Positions 39,855-50,147 are shown, counted from the first letter of the stretch. The stretch: DNA of 64,000 bases from Parcubacteria group bacterium (GCA_028286615.1 JAQBRG010000004.1:111867-175866), one strand, 5' to 3'. Notes: generated by a model from the sequence alone, not told the origin. Numbers and translations are program-made.

Positions 39855-39957
39855 TTTGTTGTCCTCCTGGACGGTACTGTTGAAACAGCCCATACATTAA
39901 TACATATATAGGTATTTGTCAATCTTTCTAACCGTTACACACCTCTGTTCTTGCGTA

Positions 39958-39973
39958 TCGAACAATTGTTCGA
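39958..39973. promoter_or_regulatory. SOS box (GAAC-N4-GTTC) within the lexA promoter
   Basis: tcGAACaattGTTCga between TTGCGT (39951) and TATACT (39975). Confidence 0.8.
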
Positions 39974-39986
39974 CTATACTAGAAAC

Positions 39987-40547
39987 ATGGAACACAAAGC
40001 CAAAATCCACTCCTTTTATAAGAAGAATCGCCGGATGCCTTCTATAACGGAGATAATGAAGCTGTGCGGGCTACGCTCTCGAAGCTCCGCATTCTATGTA
40101 TCGGAGCAGCTTGTTAAGGACGGGATGGTTAAGAAGGATAAGGCAGGGAAGTTGGTGCCGGCCGAAGGAATGTTCTCGCTTCCTCTCGTGGGACATATAC
40201 GCGCAGGGTTTGCCGCTCCTGCCGAAGAAGAACTTGCAGATACTATTTCAATAGGCGAGTACATGCTGCGAGACCCGAATGCGAGCTACCTGCTCCAGGT
40301 AGAAGGGGACTCAATGGAGGATGCGGGTATTCATGGGGGAGACATGGTGGTGTTCGAGCGCACACAGAACTTCAAGCCAGGAGACATTGTTGTTGCTCTC
40401 ATTGAGGACGGATACACGCTCAAATATTTGCGTAAGAAGGGAAGTGCTTTTTATTTGGAAGCTGCGAACGACAGGTATCCAGACATACATCCGAAAGAAG
40501 GACAGATTGTAGGAGTGGTAACAGCAACGTTCCGTAAATATAAATAG
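39987..40547 (+). CDS. lexA: LexA repressor (S24 peptidase)
   Basis: MPSITEI wHTH, IRAG cleavage site, VEGDSM, TLKY. Confidence 0.85.
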   Translation: MEHKAKIHSFYKKNRRMPSITEIMKLCGLRSRSSAFYVSEQLVKDGMVKKDKAGKLVPAEGMFSLPLVGHIRAGFAAPAEEELADTISIGEYMLRDPNASYLLQVEGDSMEDAGIHGGDMVVFERTQNFKPGDIVVALIEDGYTLKYLRKKGSAFYLEAANDRYPDIHPKEGQIVGVVTATFRKYK

Positions 40548-40548
40548 T

Positions 40549-41844
40549 ATGGCGGACTACACTCAAGCAATTATCCATTTCGATGGCGACTCGTTCTTCG
40601 CTTCAGTTGAGCAAGCGCTTGATTATCGCCTCCGAGGGAAGCCGGTAGTAACCGGTGCTGAACGCGGGGCAGCAACGTCGCTTTCACACGAAGCCAAACT
40701 GCGTGGCGTGCATCGCAGTATGAACATGAAAGAGATACGACGTATCTGTCCTGAAGCAATTCTCGTACCTTCGAACTACACCGCATACTCAGTCTTCGCG
40801 CAGCGCATGTATCGCATCGCACGAGAGTTCACTCCTTTCGTAGAGGAGTACAGTATCGACGAATGTTTCGCGGACATAACCGGTCTCGCTGAAGACAGGG
40901 GTACTACGTACGAAGCCATAGCGCTTGCTGTAAAAGCAAAGCTCGAACAAAGTCTCGGTGTTACGTTTGGTGTAGGACTTGCGCCGTCAAAGACGCTTGC
41001 GAAGGTTGCGTCGAAATACCACAAACCTGCAGGCTTCACTTCTATTCCGAACGACGCTATCGAAGACATTCTTCGCGATATGCCCGTGCACGATATCTGG
41101 GGACTGGGAGGAAGCTCGAGTGCCACACTTAAAAACTTAGGAGTACACACCGCGCTTGAGTATGCACAGAAGAGCGATGCGTGGATGCGGGAACACAATC
41201 TTGCTAAACCCATGCGTGAGATATGGCTTGAGCTGCAAGGATATGCAATCAAGCAACTCACTCTTACGCATAGCCATAGGATTAAATCCATTATGAAAAC
41301 GCGCACGTTTACGCCGCCTTCTTTAGATCAGGCATATATATTTTCGCAGCTCTCAAAGAATGTAGAAGCCGCATGCCAAGGACTGCGGTGGCGTCATGCG
41401 AAAGCACGTGCAGGAAGTTTCTATCTTAAGACTCAAGAATTTACCTACCACAGCGTGTCGTTAGGATTCCCAACACCAACGAACGATCCTTCAGAAGTAC
41501 TCAAAGCAATCGCGGCTCATTTCTCTAAAGTGTACGCAACAGAAATTCTGTACCGTGCGAGTGGTGTAACACTGCATACACTTGTGCCAGACGAAGTTGA
41601 AACGCCAGACCTCTTTGGGGATTCTGTATTAGCGCAGGAAAAAGAAGGAACACTTATATCAGTAGACGCGCTTAACCGAAGACATGGACACCACACAGTC
41701 TTTCTCGGCTCTACACTCGCTGCACTATCTGAACGCAAAGACGCACCTGCGAGGAAGAAAAATATACACACACCCAAGTTCCTCCAGGCAGGAGATTCTC
41801 TAAAGAAGTCTCTCAACATTCCATACCTAGGTACTGTTCACTAA
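40549..41844 (+). CDS. dinB: Y-family DNA polymerase (DinB/UmuC-like)
   Basis: HFDGDSFFASVEQ, YSIDECFAD, KTLAKVASKYHKPAG. Confidence 0.88.
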   Translation: MADYTQAIIHFDGDSFFASVEQALDYRLRGKPVVTGAERGAATSLSHEAKLRGVHRSMNMKEIRRICPEAILVPSNYTAYSVFAQRMYRIAREFTPFVEEYSIDECFADITGLAEDRGTTYEAIALAVKAKLEQSLGVTFGVGLAPSKTLAKVASKYHKPAGFTSIPNDAIEDILRDMPVHDIWGLGGSSSATLKNLGVHTALEYAQKSDAWMREHNLAKPMREIWLELQGYAIKQLTLTHSHRIKSIMKTRTFTPPSLDQAYIFSQLSKNVEAACQGLRWRHAKARAGSFYLKTQEFTYHSVSLGFPTPTNDPSEVLKAIAAHFSKVYATEILYRASGVTLHTLVPDEVETPDLFGDSVLAQEKEGTLISVDALNRRHGHHTVFLGSTLAALSERKDAPARKKNIHTPKFLQAGDSLKKSLNIPYLGTVH

Positions 41845-41901
41845 TTCCGTAAAAGAGGTGTAGAGTTTGGAAAGGACGCAACCAATAAGGGAGAGAAGCC
41901 T

Positions 41902-42243
41902 ATGCGTAAGCTCTTTGTTGTAACAACAGCAGCCATATTCCTTCTCTCTGCGGGGGAGGTTGTGGCAGAAGATAACTGCGGGAACAAGTCTCGAGATTCG
42001 AGACCGCCAAACTTCTGCTTTATGAATTCAAATAAAGCACAACCACCTGTAAAAGATGTGCGCGAGGATGACCCGTTTCGGGTTGTTATGCCGCTCTCCG
42101 CTAAGGGAGAACGGAAAATAAAGCGCAGCATCAGTCTCTGGCAGGGAGGTGTCTCGAAATATGGCGACCAGAACATGAGCTCGTCTGTCGAAGCAAAATC
42201 CAAGAACCGGGGAATCGCTATCGAAGCGAAAATCCTGTTCTAA
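41902..42243 (+). CDS. Putative secreted protein (SD-led cassette)
   Basis: Signal peptide MRKLFVVTTAAIFLLSAGEVVA; AAGGGAG upstream. Confidence 0.6.
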   Translation: MRKLFVVTTAAIFLLSAGEVVAEDNCGNKSRDSRPPNFCFMNSNKAQPPVKDVREDDPFRVVMPLSAKGERKIKRSISLWQGGVSKYGDQNMSSSVEAKSKNRGIAIEAKILF

Positions 42244-42289
42244 CAATCTATTTATAGGACGTCCTAATCTGAGGACGTCCTAAGTTGTT

Positions 42290-42757
42290 TTATACCGTTC
42301 GCTTATACCGGCCAATTAATTCCGCCGTCTCAATTACGTGTCCTTCCATAGCATTCTCAACTGTCTCGCGCGTAGAGCCTTCAGGTATATCAAGCATGGA
42401 ATCTAGAGCATACAGCTTGAAGAAATAACGGTGTTCAGATGGTTCGTGATCTGTTGGAGGACAAGGACCGGTGTAATGCTTGTCGCCGCGCCCGTTTGCT
42501 CCGGGGGTGCCAACTGTCTCTCCTTCAGGTATCTCCTCGGTGTCGGCAGGGATGTTAAACAAAACCCAATGCGTAAAGACTCCTTCTGGCATAAGTGCCT
42601 TGGGCACGTCTGGATCGTCAGCTATTAGTGCTAAAAATCGTGCTCCTTCTGGCACATCTTCTACCTGAAGGGCAGGCGACAATAAGCGGTCTCCGTCGCA
42701 AGTGTACTCAGAGGGAATAGCCCCACCCTCTTCAAATGCAGTGCTGGTTATTTTCAT
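42290..42757 (-). CDS. YbhB/YbcL (PEBP/Raf-kinase-inhibitor-like) protein
   Basis: YTCDG, DDPDVP, FTHWVLFNIP, YTGPCPP, HRYFFKLYALD. Confidence 0.92.
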   Translation of the reverse strand: MKITSTAFEEGGAIPSEYTCDGDRLLSPALQVEDVPEGARFLALIADDPDVPKALMPEGVFTHWVLFNIPADTEEIPEGETVGTPGANGRGDKHYTGPCPPTDHEPSEHRYFFKLYALDSMLDIPEGSTRETVENAMEGHVIETAELIGRYKRTV

Positions 42758-44940
42758 ATGTTTTCAGTATACGTATGCCAGATGATGTTTCTGTGTGGAA
42801 GGAAAGACAAAATTCTTCTTAAGATCTGCATGCAGAAGTCTACAATCTTCCTAAAACCACTCTGGTCTACGGTTGAGAGAGTTGCAGACGGCCCATCTTC
42901 TGGAATTCGCTGAACGCTAGGCGTGCTTTCTTCTTGAGTTTCTACAAGGCGAGACGGTTGATGCTCCTGCGCTTGAGGCACCGCGAACACTGTTGCAGAC
43001 GTACTGCTTGGCAGAGAGATTGTATCTGTGAGATGCACGGACGAAGTGTGAGACGGGCTTTCCTGGGCGTGCTCTATATTAGAAGTCTCTGTAGGAATCT
43101 CAGATTCTTCTGGAGTTTCTTTTCCATACACAGTTGTACTTCCAATGGTTAGTGGAATTTCTATATCAATAGTTCCGTCCCCATCTTCGTCTACAGCAAG
43201 AGGAAATGCTTCTGAAATACTGCCGTGAATGTGCATGGTTGCTATCGTGTTCGCCGTTGCTGGTACGTCGGCAATAGTCGATGTCGCAACAATCAGATCA
43301 TCAGACTTCTCTTGTATATCAAGCGAGAAAGTTCCTTCTGCCTGTCCACGCATAACCAGTTCGTACACATCTTCGGCTGGAACAATTGCATACTTAACGT
43401 CACCGAATTCCCCATACTCGCCAACAACTTCGTGCTCCTCGTTATACAGCTCAAGCGTAAGAGGGGAGTGCAAGAAAAAGAAAAGTTCTCTGAGGGGATT
43501 TTGAACTGGCTCAACATTTAAGACATGCTCAGAAGTTTCTGGTTCTTCATACAAGATCTTTTTGATAAAAGATCGTACCTCCTGCACTTCAAACAGATCT
43601 CCGTGCGTGTACTTGTGTATTCCTGTACGCAGAGTTGAAAGATTAATCCAGTATTTATGTACTGAACCGCCCGTATCTATAAGATGCGCACTTGTTGCAG
43701 GCACCACGCCATCTCCAGCCTTAAAGAACTGCGGTCTGTATAAAGATTTGTATGTGCCATCAATCGTCTCTTGTTCGTAGAACTCTATGCCTGAGAACGT
43801 ATTCGCACCCCACCCTGCGAGCTCATATACATCAATCTCTGAAGGAGGCATCCACAAGTCCAAGTTCGCATGCGTACTCGCTCCATTAAATAGAAATGGA
43901 TGCGTAAGCACGTTCGCACTTTCTATGTCTTCTACTTCAGGCTTTGTCCTTCCTCCTTCTTTTGATTCAAGAAAGCCTTCAAGCTCGAGCCATGAATTAA
44001 TACTTTCTCCGTACGCGTCTTTCTCAAGCGTGTATGAATTCCTTGCAGAGAATGTTGTGACGGGAGGATTAATTACATTGTTCAAGTATGAGAAGGATGG
44101 AAGCAAGTTGTATGCCATGGGCGCATGTTCTGCGAGAGTGCGTGCCGTTGCACGAGAGGTGAACAGAGAACAGAGAGAACCCAGAATACTATTTGTAGAG
44201 CATGCATCGAATGGAAGTGCTTCTCCATATCCAAACAGAAGGCCTCCTATAGCTTGAGGTGCGCCACTCTGAGGTACGCCAACTAGGACAATTTTGTCTA
44301 CCAGATTCTCTACGTGCTCCTCAACAAGCTTCTGCAACAAAGCCTTAGCTAGAAGTCCTCCGTTGCTGTGCGCTACGATGCTAACTTTTCCTGTCTGCGA
44401 ACTCGCAGCAAGTTGTGCCAGTGTCTGTTCTATATAAGGTGTACTGGTCGCAACGTTGAAGTAGATCTTAGTGTCTTCTCTCGTGCCGTTCGTAAGAAGA
44501 TCGTCTAAAGAAAGTCGCCAGTCGTATGCGACAGCTTTCCAATCAGAAATGGTGCCTTGGTCCTTAAGACTGGCTAAGTCTTGTAGAAATGAAGCGTAGA
44601 ACCTCAATCCGAAAGACTCGTCGAGCACATCACCCTCGTTGGTATGAATATCAGCTCTAATGCCTTTGCCGTCGTCGTTCAAGAAGAGATCTTTCTCGTC
44701 CCTGTCTCGTTTAGGCTCCCATACCTTGGTCTCCCCACAGGATTCGCCACTATTTACACAAACTGCCGCTTTATACAGCCGGCTTCCTTTAATACCAGGC
44801 AGAAACAGAACATTTGAGACTTTCGGAGCCTCAGAACCCAGCAAACTCGGGCTTTCAAGGTCTTCAGCTCTAGCCAAGCCAGGGCCTGATAGAAGAAAGG
44901 CACCTATTAATAGGGGTGTAAGGCATGTTTTGTGTTTCAT
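42754..44940 (-). CDS. Exported alpha/beta-hydrolase (LCAT/lipase-like)
   Basis: Signal peptide, FLPGIKGS, AYDWR, AHSNGG nucleophile elbow, GDGVVP. Confidence 0.8.
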   Translation of the reverse strand: MKHKTCLTPLLIGAFLLSGPGLARAEDLESPSLLGSEAPKVSNVLFLPGIKGSRLYKAAVCVNSGESCGETKVWEPKRDRDEKDLFLNDDGKGIRADIHTNEGDVLDESFGLRFYASFLQDLASLKDQGTISDWKAVAYDWRLSLDDLLTNGTREDTKIYFNVATSTPYIEQTLAQLAASSQTGKVSIVAHSNGGLLAKALLQKLVEEHVENLVDKIVLVGVPQSGAPQAIGGLLFGYGEALPFDACSTNSILGSLCSLFTSRATARTLAEHAPMAYNLLPSFSYLNNVINPPVTTFSARNSYTLEKDAYGESINSWLELEGFLESKEGGRTKPEVEDIESANVLTHPFLFNGASTHANLDLWMPPSEIDVYELAGWGANTFSGIEFYEQETIDGTYKSLYRPQFFKAGDGVVPATSAHLIDTGGSVHKYWINLSTLRTGIHKYTHGDLFEVQEVRSFIKKILYEEPETSEHVLNVEPVQNPLRELFFFLHSPLTLELYNEEHEVVGEYGEFGDVKYAIVPAEDVYELVMRGQAEGTFSLDIQEKSDDLIVATSTIADVPATANTIATMHIHGSISEAFPLAVDEDGDGTIDIEIPLTIGSTTVYGKETPEESEIPTETSNIEHAQESPSHTSSVHLTDTISLPSSTSATVFAVPQAQEHQPSRLVETQEESTPSVQRIPEDGPSATLSTVDQSGFRKIVDFCMQILRRILSFLPHRNIIWHTYTENI

Positions 44941-45062
44941 CCGGGCAGGATACCTGATGGAGATATGAGAAAAATGACGGCTAAAACCAAGCAAAGGTTT
45001 GCATTTCCTAGCAGCCTCCTATATATTGCAGGTATCCCGCAGAGCGGGTTTTCATTTGCCAC

Positions 45063-45473
45063 ATGGCCACAATCAACCAGCTCACAAAGTCCGCCCGCAA
45101 GAACAAGACCCGCAAATCAAAGGTGGTGGCCCTTGGTCGTGGTTTCAATGCACTTAAGAACCGCCCTACCTTCTACCCAGCTCCTTTCAAGCGTGGCGTT
45201 TGCACGAAGGTAACTACGAAAACCCCTCGCAAGCCTAACTCAGCTATCCGTAAGATCGCTCGCGTACGTCTCACCAACGGCATGGAAGTAACCGCATACA
45301 TTCCAGGAGAGGGACACAACCTCCAGGAACACTCAGTGGTTATGCTTCGTGGTGGTCGCGTGAAGGACATTGGTGTGCAGTACACCATCGTTCGCGGACG
45401 TCTCGACACGGCCGGTCTTGATAAGCGCCGCCGCTCTCGCTCTCGCTATGGTGCTAAGAAGCCAAAAGCATAG
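45063..45473 (+). CDS. rpsL: 30S ribosomal protein S12
   Basis: [24 protein letters not shown]. Confidence 0.98.
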   Translation: MATINQLTKSARKNKTRKSKVVALGRGFNALKNRPTFYPAPFKRGVCTKVTTKTPRKPNSAIRKIARVRLTNGMEVTAYIPGEGHNLQEHSVVMLRGGRVKDIGVQYTIVRGRLDTAGLDKRRRSRSRYGAKKPKA

Positions 45474-45498
45474 GCTCTATCAGTTTTAGTACGAAATC

Positions 45499-45963
45499 AT
45501 GCGCCATCCTGTAAAAAACAAGTATCCTCGCCGACCAGACCTTATCTATCAGTCTGAGGCTATCTCCCGTTTCATTAACACTGTTATGTGGGACGGAAAG
45601 AAAGACACAGCTCGTGCCGTTGTGTACGCTGCTCTTGATAAGATCAAGGCACAGGAACTCGATCCTCTTGAGACTTTTGAGACTGCTATCCGCAACGTTT
45701 CTCCGCTCATGGAGGTTCGTTCTCGCCGCGTCGGAGGTGCTAACTACCAGGTTCCTCGCGAAGTTCCTCAGCAGCGCCGCGTATCTCTTGCATACCGTTG
45801 GCTCATCAACGCAGCTCGCGCAAAGAAGGGAAAGCCTATGGCAGACAAGCTTGCAGAAGAAATCATGCTCGCTGTTAAGAACGAAGGCTCAGCAATCAAG
45901 AAGAAGGACGACATGCACCGCATGGCAGACGCCAACAAGGCATTTGCCCACTTCGCTTGGTAA
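45499..45963 (+). CDS. rpsG: 30S ribosomal protein S7
   Basis: EVRSRRVGGANYQVP, MADANKAFAHF. Confidence 0.98.
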   Translation: MRHPVKNKYPRRPDLIYQSEAISRFINTVMWDGKKDTARAVVYAALDKIKAQELDPLETFETAIRNVSPLMEVRSRRVGGANYQVPREVPQQRRVSLAYRWLINAARAKKGKPMADKLAEEIMLAVKNEGSAIKKKDDMHRMADANKAFAHFAW

Positions 45964-46023
45964 TTCCAATAACAAGAAAGCAGAAACCGCGCTCAAGCTT
46001 GGGCGCGGTTTTTGTTATTTATC

Positions 46024-46284
46024 TCATTGGGGTTTCTTCAAATCTCCCATCTTCTCAAGAAGCTCCCTTGATTGCTTAGAGGTATTTCTGAAGCCTAGGG
46101 AGGAAAGATCGTGAGTGCCTGTTGCTCCCCAAGACTGACCCATATTGTCGGTGGCGTAAGTAATGCCGCCGACAGAAGTAAAGCTGGGCGTTCTGCTCGC
46201 TTTTTGATCGCTTGAGAAAGTTATGTTTGGCATAGGCTTAAAGCCTAACTTACGTAACTGTTTACTTAGCCTGCTCGTAGCCAT
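46024..46284 (-). CDS. Hypothetical protein, paralog of 46772-47110 (SD-led cassette)
   Basis: AGGAG SD; LGFKP..GGITYATDNMGQSW..DLSSLGF. Confidence 0.65.
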   Translation of the reverse strand: MATSRLSKQLRKLGFKPMPNITFSSDQKASRTPSFTSVGGITYATDNMGQSWGATGTHDLSSLGFRNTSKQSRELLEKMGDLKKPQ

Positions 46285-46498
46285 CTACGGCTCCTATTGT
46301 TCGAGGCAATTGATGAAGGCGAAGTTTGTGTCTGCCTTGCAATCCGGATGTTTGGTTTCCGCGTATCTGGGAACATCTAGCACGTAGCCTACGCTTATTT
46401 TACGTGTCAGCAAGAATTCTTTTATTGCGCAGATTAAGAACGAGGCATATATTCAAAACAGGACTCCATGGGGAGTTGAGAGTAGGGAAGGAAGTCAG

Positions 46499-46708
46499 AT
46501 GGACGGATCAGAGAAACCAGTGCGTCGCTCCGCACCTCGCGGATTCGCGGCAATGGACGCCGATAAACGTCGCGAGATCGCTCGCAAAGGCGGCAAGAGC
46601 GTCCCGGACGAGAAGCGCAGCTTCTTCCAAGACCGCACTCTGGCCGCCGACGCCGGCAGGAAAGGCGGCAAGCAAACGCAGTCGGGACGGACTCCTGAAA
46701 TCCAGTAG
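46499..46708 (+). CDS. KGG-repeat general stress protein
   Basis: RGFAAMDADKRREIARKGG..RSFFQDRTLAADAGRKGG. Confidence 0.85.
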   Translation: MDGSEKPVRRSAPRGFAAMDADKRREIARKGGKSVPDEKRSFFQDRTLAADAGRKGGKQTQSGRTPEIQ

Positions 46709-46771
46709 TCACTAAATAAGACCCAAAATAAAGCCGCGCCTCCTCCCAGGGGCGCGGTTTCTACAATGTAT

Positions 46772-47110
46772 TCAATTCGGTAGCACAGCTTTCCCGACGT
46801 GTGTGAATCCATAGGGCTCAAGATCGACACATTTAAGGATTCGCCACGCTTGGCCAGTTTCATCATAGGCAATGGTCAGACCACCGAGCTTGTTACCAAA
46901 TTCCATAGACATAAAACAAGGTTCGTTTTCAGCTAGGGGACGAAAAACCTTCTTTGCCTCGAGAGGGCTGATTTTGGGCGGGGCTACCTCCTCCGAAAGA
47001 AGGTAGCGAGCTTTAATTAAAGAAACCTCTCGCTTGTCATCTTTGGGGTTGAATGGCTCGAATCCAAGGTGATAAAGCTTGGCTGCGAAAGGGCCTAGGG
47101 AGTCGGTCAC
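46772..47110 (-). CDS. Hypothetical protein, paralog of 46024-46284 (SD-led cassette)
   Basis: AGGAG before GTG; LGFEP..GGLTIAYDETGQAW..DLEPYGF. Confidence 0.65.
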   Translation of the reverse strand: MTDSLGPFAAKLYHLGFEPFNPKDDKREVSLIKARYLLSEEVAPPKISPLEAKKVFRPLAENEPCFMSMEFGNKLGGLTIAYDETGQAWRILKCVDLEPYGFTHVGKAVLPN

Positions 47111-47270
47111 TGGACATCTCCTCTGTCTGGCAGGACTCTAACACTTTGGCCGCTTTTTGTCTGTATTTTCGTCTCGAGAGACTTGACAAAGTGACTCTGT
47201 TGCTGTATATTAGACGCAGCTCATAAGCGCAGGATGTTCCTGCCATGCAAGGCTCAGGAGGGCCTAGAAC

Positions 47271-47510
47271 ATGAATTCTTCGAAAATCCTCGGTTCGATC
47301 GCGGTTATCGGAATGGTCATGATGGCGGTTTCGACCCCCATCCTGCTCAACCAGCCCACCGATTTCTACATCGACGCCGTCTTCAACAAGTACCTGTCCT
47401 TCGTCATGATCTTCGCCGTCGGCCTCGGAATCTTCGCTTCGGCCACCCCGTTCGCCGTCCGCGCCTGGTTCCACGAGCGTCAGCAACTGCTGGCCATCGA
47501 AGCCAACTAA
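47271..47510 (+). CDS. Small 2-TM membrane protein, GC-rich (SD-led cassette)
   Basis: TTGACA-N17-TATATT, AGGAGG, terminator about 47533-47570. Confidence 0.7.
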   Translation: MNSSKILGSIAVIGMVMMAVSTPILLNQPTDFYIDAVFNKYLSFVMIFAVGLGIFASATPFAVRAWFHERQQLLAIEAN

Positions 47511-47647
47511 ACAACCCCGCCTCCAAGGAGGCACCGGTCGTAGCAATAAAATGCTATGACCGGTTTTTCGTTTCTTGCGCTTTGGTGCCGCTTTCAGTAC
47601 ATTATAGGTAACGCATTGGCGGGCTTTTTATTTTATTTACTCTACTT

Positions 47648-49795
47648 ATGAACCGCGATTATCCTCTCGAGAAAGTGCGCAACTTCGGTATCGTCGCCCA
47701 CGTGGACGCCGGCAAGACCACCACGTCTGAACGTGTGCTCTTCTACACAGGCTCCCAGCACAAGATTGGAGAGGTGCACGAAGGAGAGACCACCACAGAC
47801 TGGATGGAACAGGAGCGCGAGCGCGGCATCACTATTACTGCTGCTGCCATTACCTGTTTCTGGACTAAGTCCCAGGAGAAGGACAAGAAGGATGTTGCGA
47901 AGAAGTATCGCTTCAATGTTATCGACACTCCAGGACACATCGACTTCACCGCCGAGGTTAAGCGTTCTATGCGTGTGCTCGACGGCGCAATTGTAGTGTT
48001 CGACGGCGTGGCTGGAGTTGAGCCTCAGTCTGAGACTAACTGGCGCTACGCAGACGAAGCCAAAGTGCCTCGCGTTTGTTTCATCAACAAGCTTGACCGT
48101 ACTGGTGCATCGTTCGAAGACTCATACCAGTCCATCCTCGACCGTCTTTCAAAGAAAGCAGTACGTGCACAGATTCCTATGGGAGCTGAAGGAGACTTCG
48201 AAGGAGTTGTGGATCTTCTTTCAATGAAGGCATACACCTTCTCTGGAAACATGGGCGAAGAAGTAATCGAGGGAGAGGTACCAGAGAAGTATCTTGAAGA
48301 TGCTAAGAAGTACCGCACCGAACTCGTTGAGCGCATCGTTGAACATGACGAGGCCCAGATGAACGCGTTCTTCGAAGGAAATGAGCCAACACTCGACGAG
48401 CTCAAGGCAACGCTTCGCAAGGCAGTTATTGATAACGAGATTTTCCCCGTATACACCGGTTCTGCTCTTAAGAACAAGGGTGTGCAGCTCGTACTTGATG
48501 CGGTTGTGGACTTCCTTCCGTCTCCAGTAGACCTCAAGCCAGTTAAGGGAATCAATCCAAAGACCGGAGAAGAAATTGAACGAAAGCCGGACGACAGCGA
48601 GCCATTTACAGCGCTTGCTTTCAAACTTCAGACAGACCCATTCGTTGGAGCTCTTACCTTCTTCCGTGTGTACGCAGGTACTGTTACTGCTGGTTCATAC
48701 GTATACAACGCCAACACCGGTTCTAAGGAGCGTGTAGGACGTATCGTGCGTCTTCAGGCAGACAAGCGTGAGGAAGTGGAGAAGGTTTTCACCGGAGAGA
48801 TCGCCGCTATGGTGGGTCTTAAGGATACGAAGACCTCACACACTCTTTGTGACGAAGCTAATCCAATCATCCTTGAGGAGATTAAATTCCCTGAGCCTGT
48901 GGTATCGCTTCGCATTGAACCAAAGACTAAGGCAGACCAAGAGAAGATGGGCATGGCACTTAAGAAGCTTTCGGACGAAGACCCAACCTTCAAAGTTTCT
49001 TCTGACGACGAGACTGGCGAGACCATCATCGCAGGTATGGGTGAGCTCCACCTTGAGATTCTTGTGGATCGCATGCAGCGCGAGTTCAACGTGGGAGCTA
49101 ACGTTGGTAAGCCACAGGTGGCATACCGCGAAACTATCATGGGAACTGCTGACGTTGATAACAAGTACATCAAACAGACAGGAGGTAAGGGTCAGTATGG
49201 TCACGTGAAGATCAAAGTTAAGCACATGGAGCCAGTTGATCCTGAGGCCAAGGTTGCCAAGAACACTACTCGTGAAGACCACTTCGAGTTCATCAACAAC
49301 ATTAAGGGAGGTGTTATTCCATCTGAATACTTCAACCCTATTGAAAAGGGTATTCGCGAAGCAATGAACCGTGGTGTTCTTGCTGGATACCAGATGGTTG
49401 ATGTGTCCGTAGACCTCTATGATGGGTCCTTCCATGATGTGGACTCCTCTGAAATCGCCTTCAAGATCGCAGCATCTCAGGCATTCCAGGAAGCAGCTCA
49501 GAAGGCTAAGCCAGTTATCCTTGAGCCTATTATGAACGTTGAGGTTGTTGTCCCTGAGCAGTTCATGGGAGACATCACGGGTTCTATCTCAGGTAAGCGT
49601 GGTTCTATCGAAGGAATGGAAGATCGCGGTATGAACAAGGCTATCAAGGCCAAGGTACCGCTTTCAGAAATGTTCGGATACACCACTTCTCTCCGCTCTA
49701 TGACGGAAGGACGCGGTTCTATGACTATGGAATTCGATCACTACGAGGTTGTTCCTCAGAACGTGGCGGCAGATATCATCGCAAGCAGGAAGTAA
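47648..49795 (+). CDS. fusA: Elongation factor G
   Basis: [31 protein letters not shown]. Confidence 0.98.
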   Translation: MNRDYPLEKVRNFGIVAHVDAGKTTTSERVLFYTGSQHKIGEVHEGETTTDWMEQERERGITITAAAITCFWTKSQEKDKKDVAKKYRFNVIDTPGHIDFTAEVKRSMRVLDGAIVVFDGVAGVEPQSETNWRYADEAKVPRVCFINKLDRTGASFEDSYQSILDRLSKKAVRAQIPMGAEGDFEGVVDLLSMKAYTFSGNMGEEVIEGEVPEKYLEDAKKYRTELVERIVEHDEAQMNAFFEGNEPTLDELKATLRKAVIDNEIFPVYTGSALKNKGVQLVLDAVVDFLPSPVDLKPVKGINPKTGEEIERKPDDSEPFTALAFKLQTDPFVGALTFFRVYAGTVTAGSYVYNANTGSKERVGRIVRLQADKREEVEKVFTGEIAAMVGLKDTKTSHTLCDEANPIILEEIKFPEPVVSLRIEPKTKADQEKMGMALKKLSDEDPTFKVSSDDETGETIIAGMGELHLEILVDRMQREFNVGANVGKPQVAYRETIMGTADVDNKYIKQTGGKGQYGHVKIKVKHMEPVDPEAKVAKNTTREDHFEFINNIKGGVIPSEYFNPIEKGIREAMNRGVLAGYQMVDVSVDLYDGSFHDVDSSEIAFKIAASQAFQEAAQKAKPVILEPIMNVEVVVPEQFMGDITGSISGKRGSIEGMEDRGMNKAIKAKVPLSEMFGYTTSLRSMTEGRGSMTMEFDHYEVVPQNVAADIIASRK

Positions 49796-49907
49796 TTTCT
49801 GAGTGGAGTTTGCAAAAGACCGCTTTCAAGCGGCCTTTTGCTTTGTATGAAATAAGAAAAGGCTTGAGTGGTTAAATACTCAAGCCTTTTCGCACGAAAG
49901 ATCGTCG

Positions 49908-50147
49908 TCAATTGCTGCTCTTTGGGGGCATGTTGATTCGTAACAGGCACACGATGATAGTGATGAGCATGAAGATCAACGAAAGCAGAATGGCCCCTCT
50001 CCACCAGATAGAGGGGTAGCTTACATTTCCCCAAGCAGAGCCTAGCGCTGTCATCCCCCACACCGCGACCCCAAATGGGTGGCCAAAGAGCCACCCAAAA
50101 ACCAGGATGATGGTTGGCGGTCTCATCGTGCTATGCATAAGAGCCAT
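49908..50147 (-). CDS. Small membrane protein between fusA and tuf (start uncertain)
   Basis: AGAGGAGAAGG before ATG 50147; hydrophobic helices; frame open further upstream. Confidence 0.5.
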   Translation of the reverse strand: MALMHSTMRPPTIILVFGWLFGHPFGVAVWGMTALGSAWGNVSYPSIWWRGAILLSLIFMLITIIVCLLRINMPPKSSN

